A stretch of 64,000 nt of DNA from Desulfuromonadaceae bacterium (GTDB lineage Bacteria > Desulfobacterota > Desulfuromonadia > Desulfuromonadales > Desulfuromonadaceae): positions 15,336 to 79,335 of the forward strand of contig JAVERS010000004.1 of assembly GCA_034007015.1 (NCBI GenBank), written 5' to 3'. Under the pieces are notes generated by a model. That model did not search any database and was not told where the DNA came from. It worked only from the letters and a program-made list of their open reading frames with translations. The position numbers and the translations under genes were made by a program. Numbering within the stretch: the stretch's first letter is position 1; each line of letters opens with the position of its first letter. Of the stretch, positions 63,994 to 64,000 are shown in pieces.

Positions 63994-64000
63994 GAAAAGG

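Noticed and set aside
1-64000. Looked for CRISPR arrays, rRNA/tRNA genes, transposases, integrases, phage genes, toxin-antitoxin pairs and long (>30 nt) dispersed repeats
   Set aside because: I recognised none by reading ORF translations and intergenic regions. Short structured RNAs and diverged repeats could easily be missed by eye. tRNAscan, Infernal and a self-dotplot would be needed to exclude them.

Overview
This is a gene-dense bacterial chromosomal window of about 60 CDS. I saw no rRNA, tRNA, CRISPR array, transposase or integrase. A PpcA/c7-type triheme cytochrome, many c-type cytochromes, sigma54/NtrC signalling and a UGA-interrupted redox gene suggest a Desulfuromonadales-like (Geobacter/Desulfuromonas-type) deltaproteobacterium; this is inference only.

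Content by region:
- 1-12.6 kb: a decayed BCCT transporter pseudogene, a Zn-ribbon SAM methyltransferase, ppdK, glyS, glyQ, recO, mgtE, a c7 cytochrome, an orphan mini-FlgC-like protein and an FKBP lipoprotein.
- 12.7-15.7 kb: znuABC and an orphan FeoA-like gene.
- 15.8-27.5 kb: a complete type II secretion cluster, gspC to gspN.
- 27.6-52.4 kb: lon, a LemA-TPM-TPM module, a mazG-like/sfsA/tmcAL operon, two c-di-GMP genes, a TonB-dependent receptor, polA, a sensor kinase plus sigma54 regulator pair, a short metH and murI.
- 52.9-63.3 kb: an apparent oxygen/ROS-defence island. It holds a small diheme cytochrome, DUF4492-cydA-cydB plus an untracked 28-codon cydX-like ORF, cytochrome c peroxidase, tpx, yaiI, Ni-SOD, a signal-peptide beta carbonic anhydrase, a long CCP/MauG-like diheme protein and a thioredoxin-fold gene.

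The best find is that thioredoxin-fold gene (complement 62721..63293). The ORF track truncates it at an in-frame TGA. The TGA sits exactly at the first Cys of a CxxC motif (giving UxxC), a SECIS-like hairpin follows it, and a strong RBS precedes the upstream ATG. This makes it a probable selenoprotein.

Other notable points: a Ni-SOD with a Sec-type signal peptide and no adjacent SodX; a GspE ATPase with tandem MshEN-like (c-di-GMP receptor) motifs; a periplasmic CxxCH motif in the sensor kinase; and a CX4CH first-heme site in the c7 cytochrome. All homology calls come from reading the translations by eye, and no database search was run.
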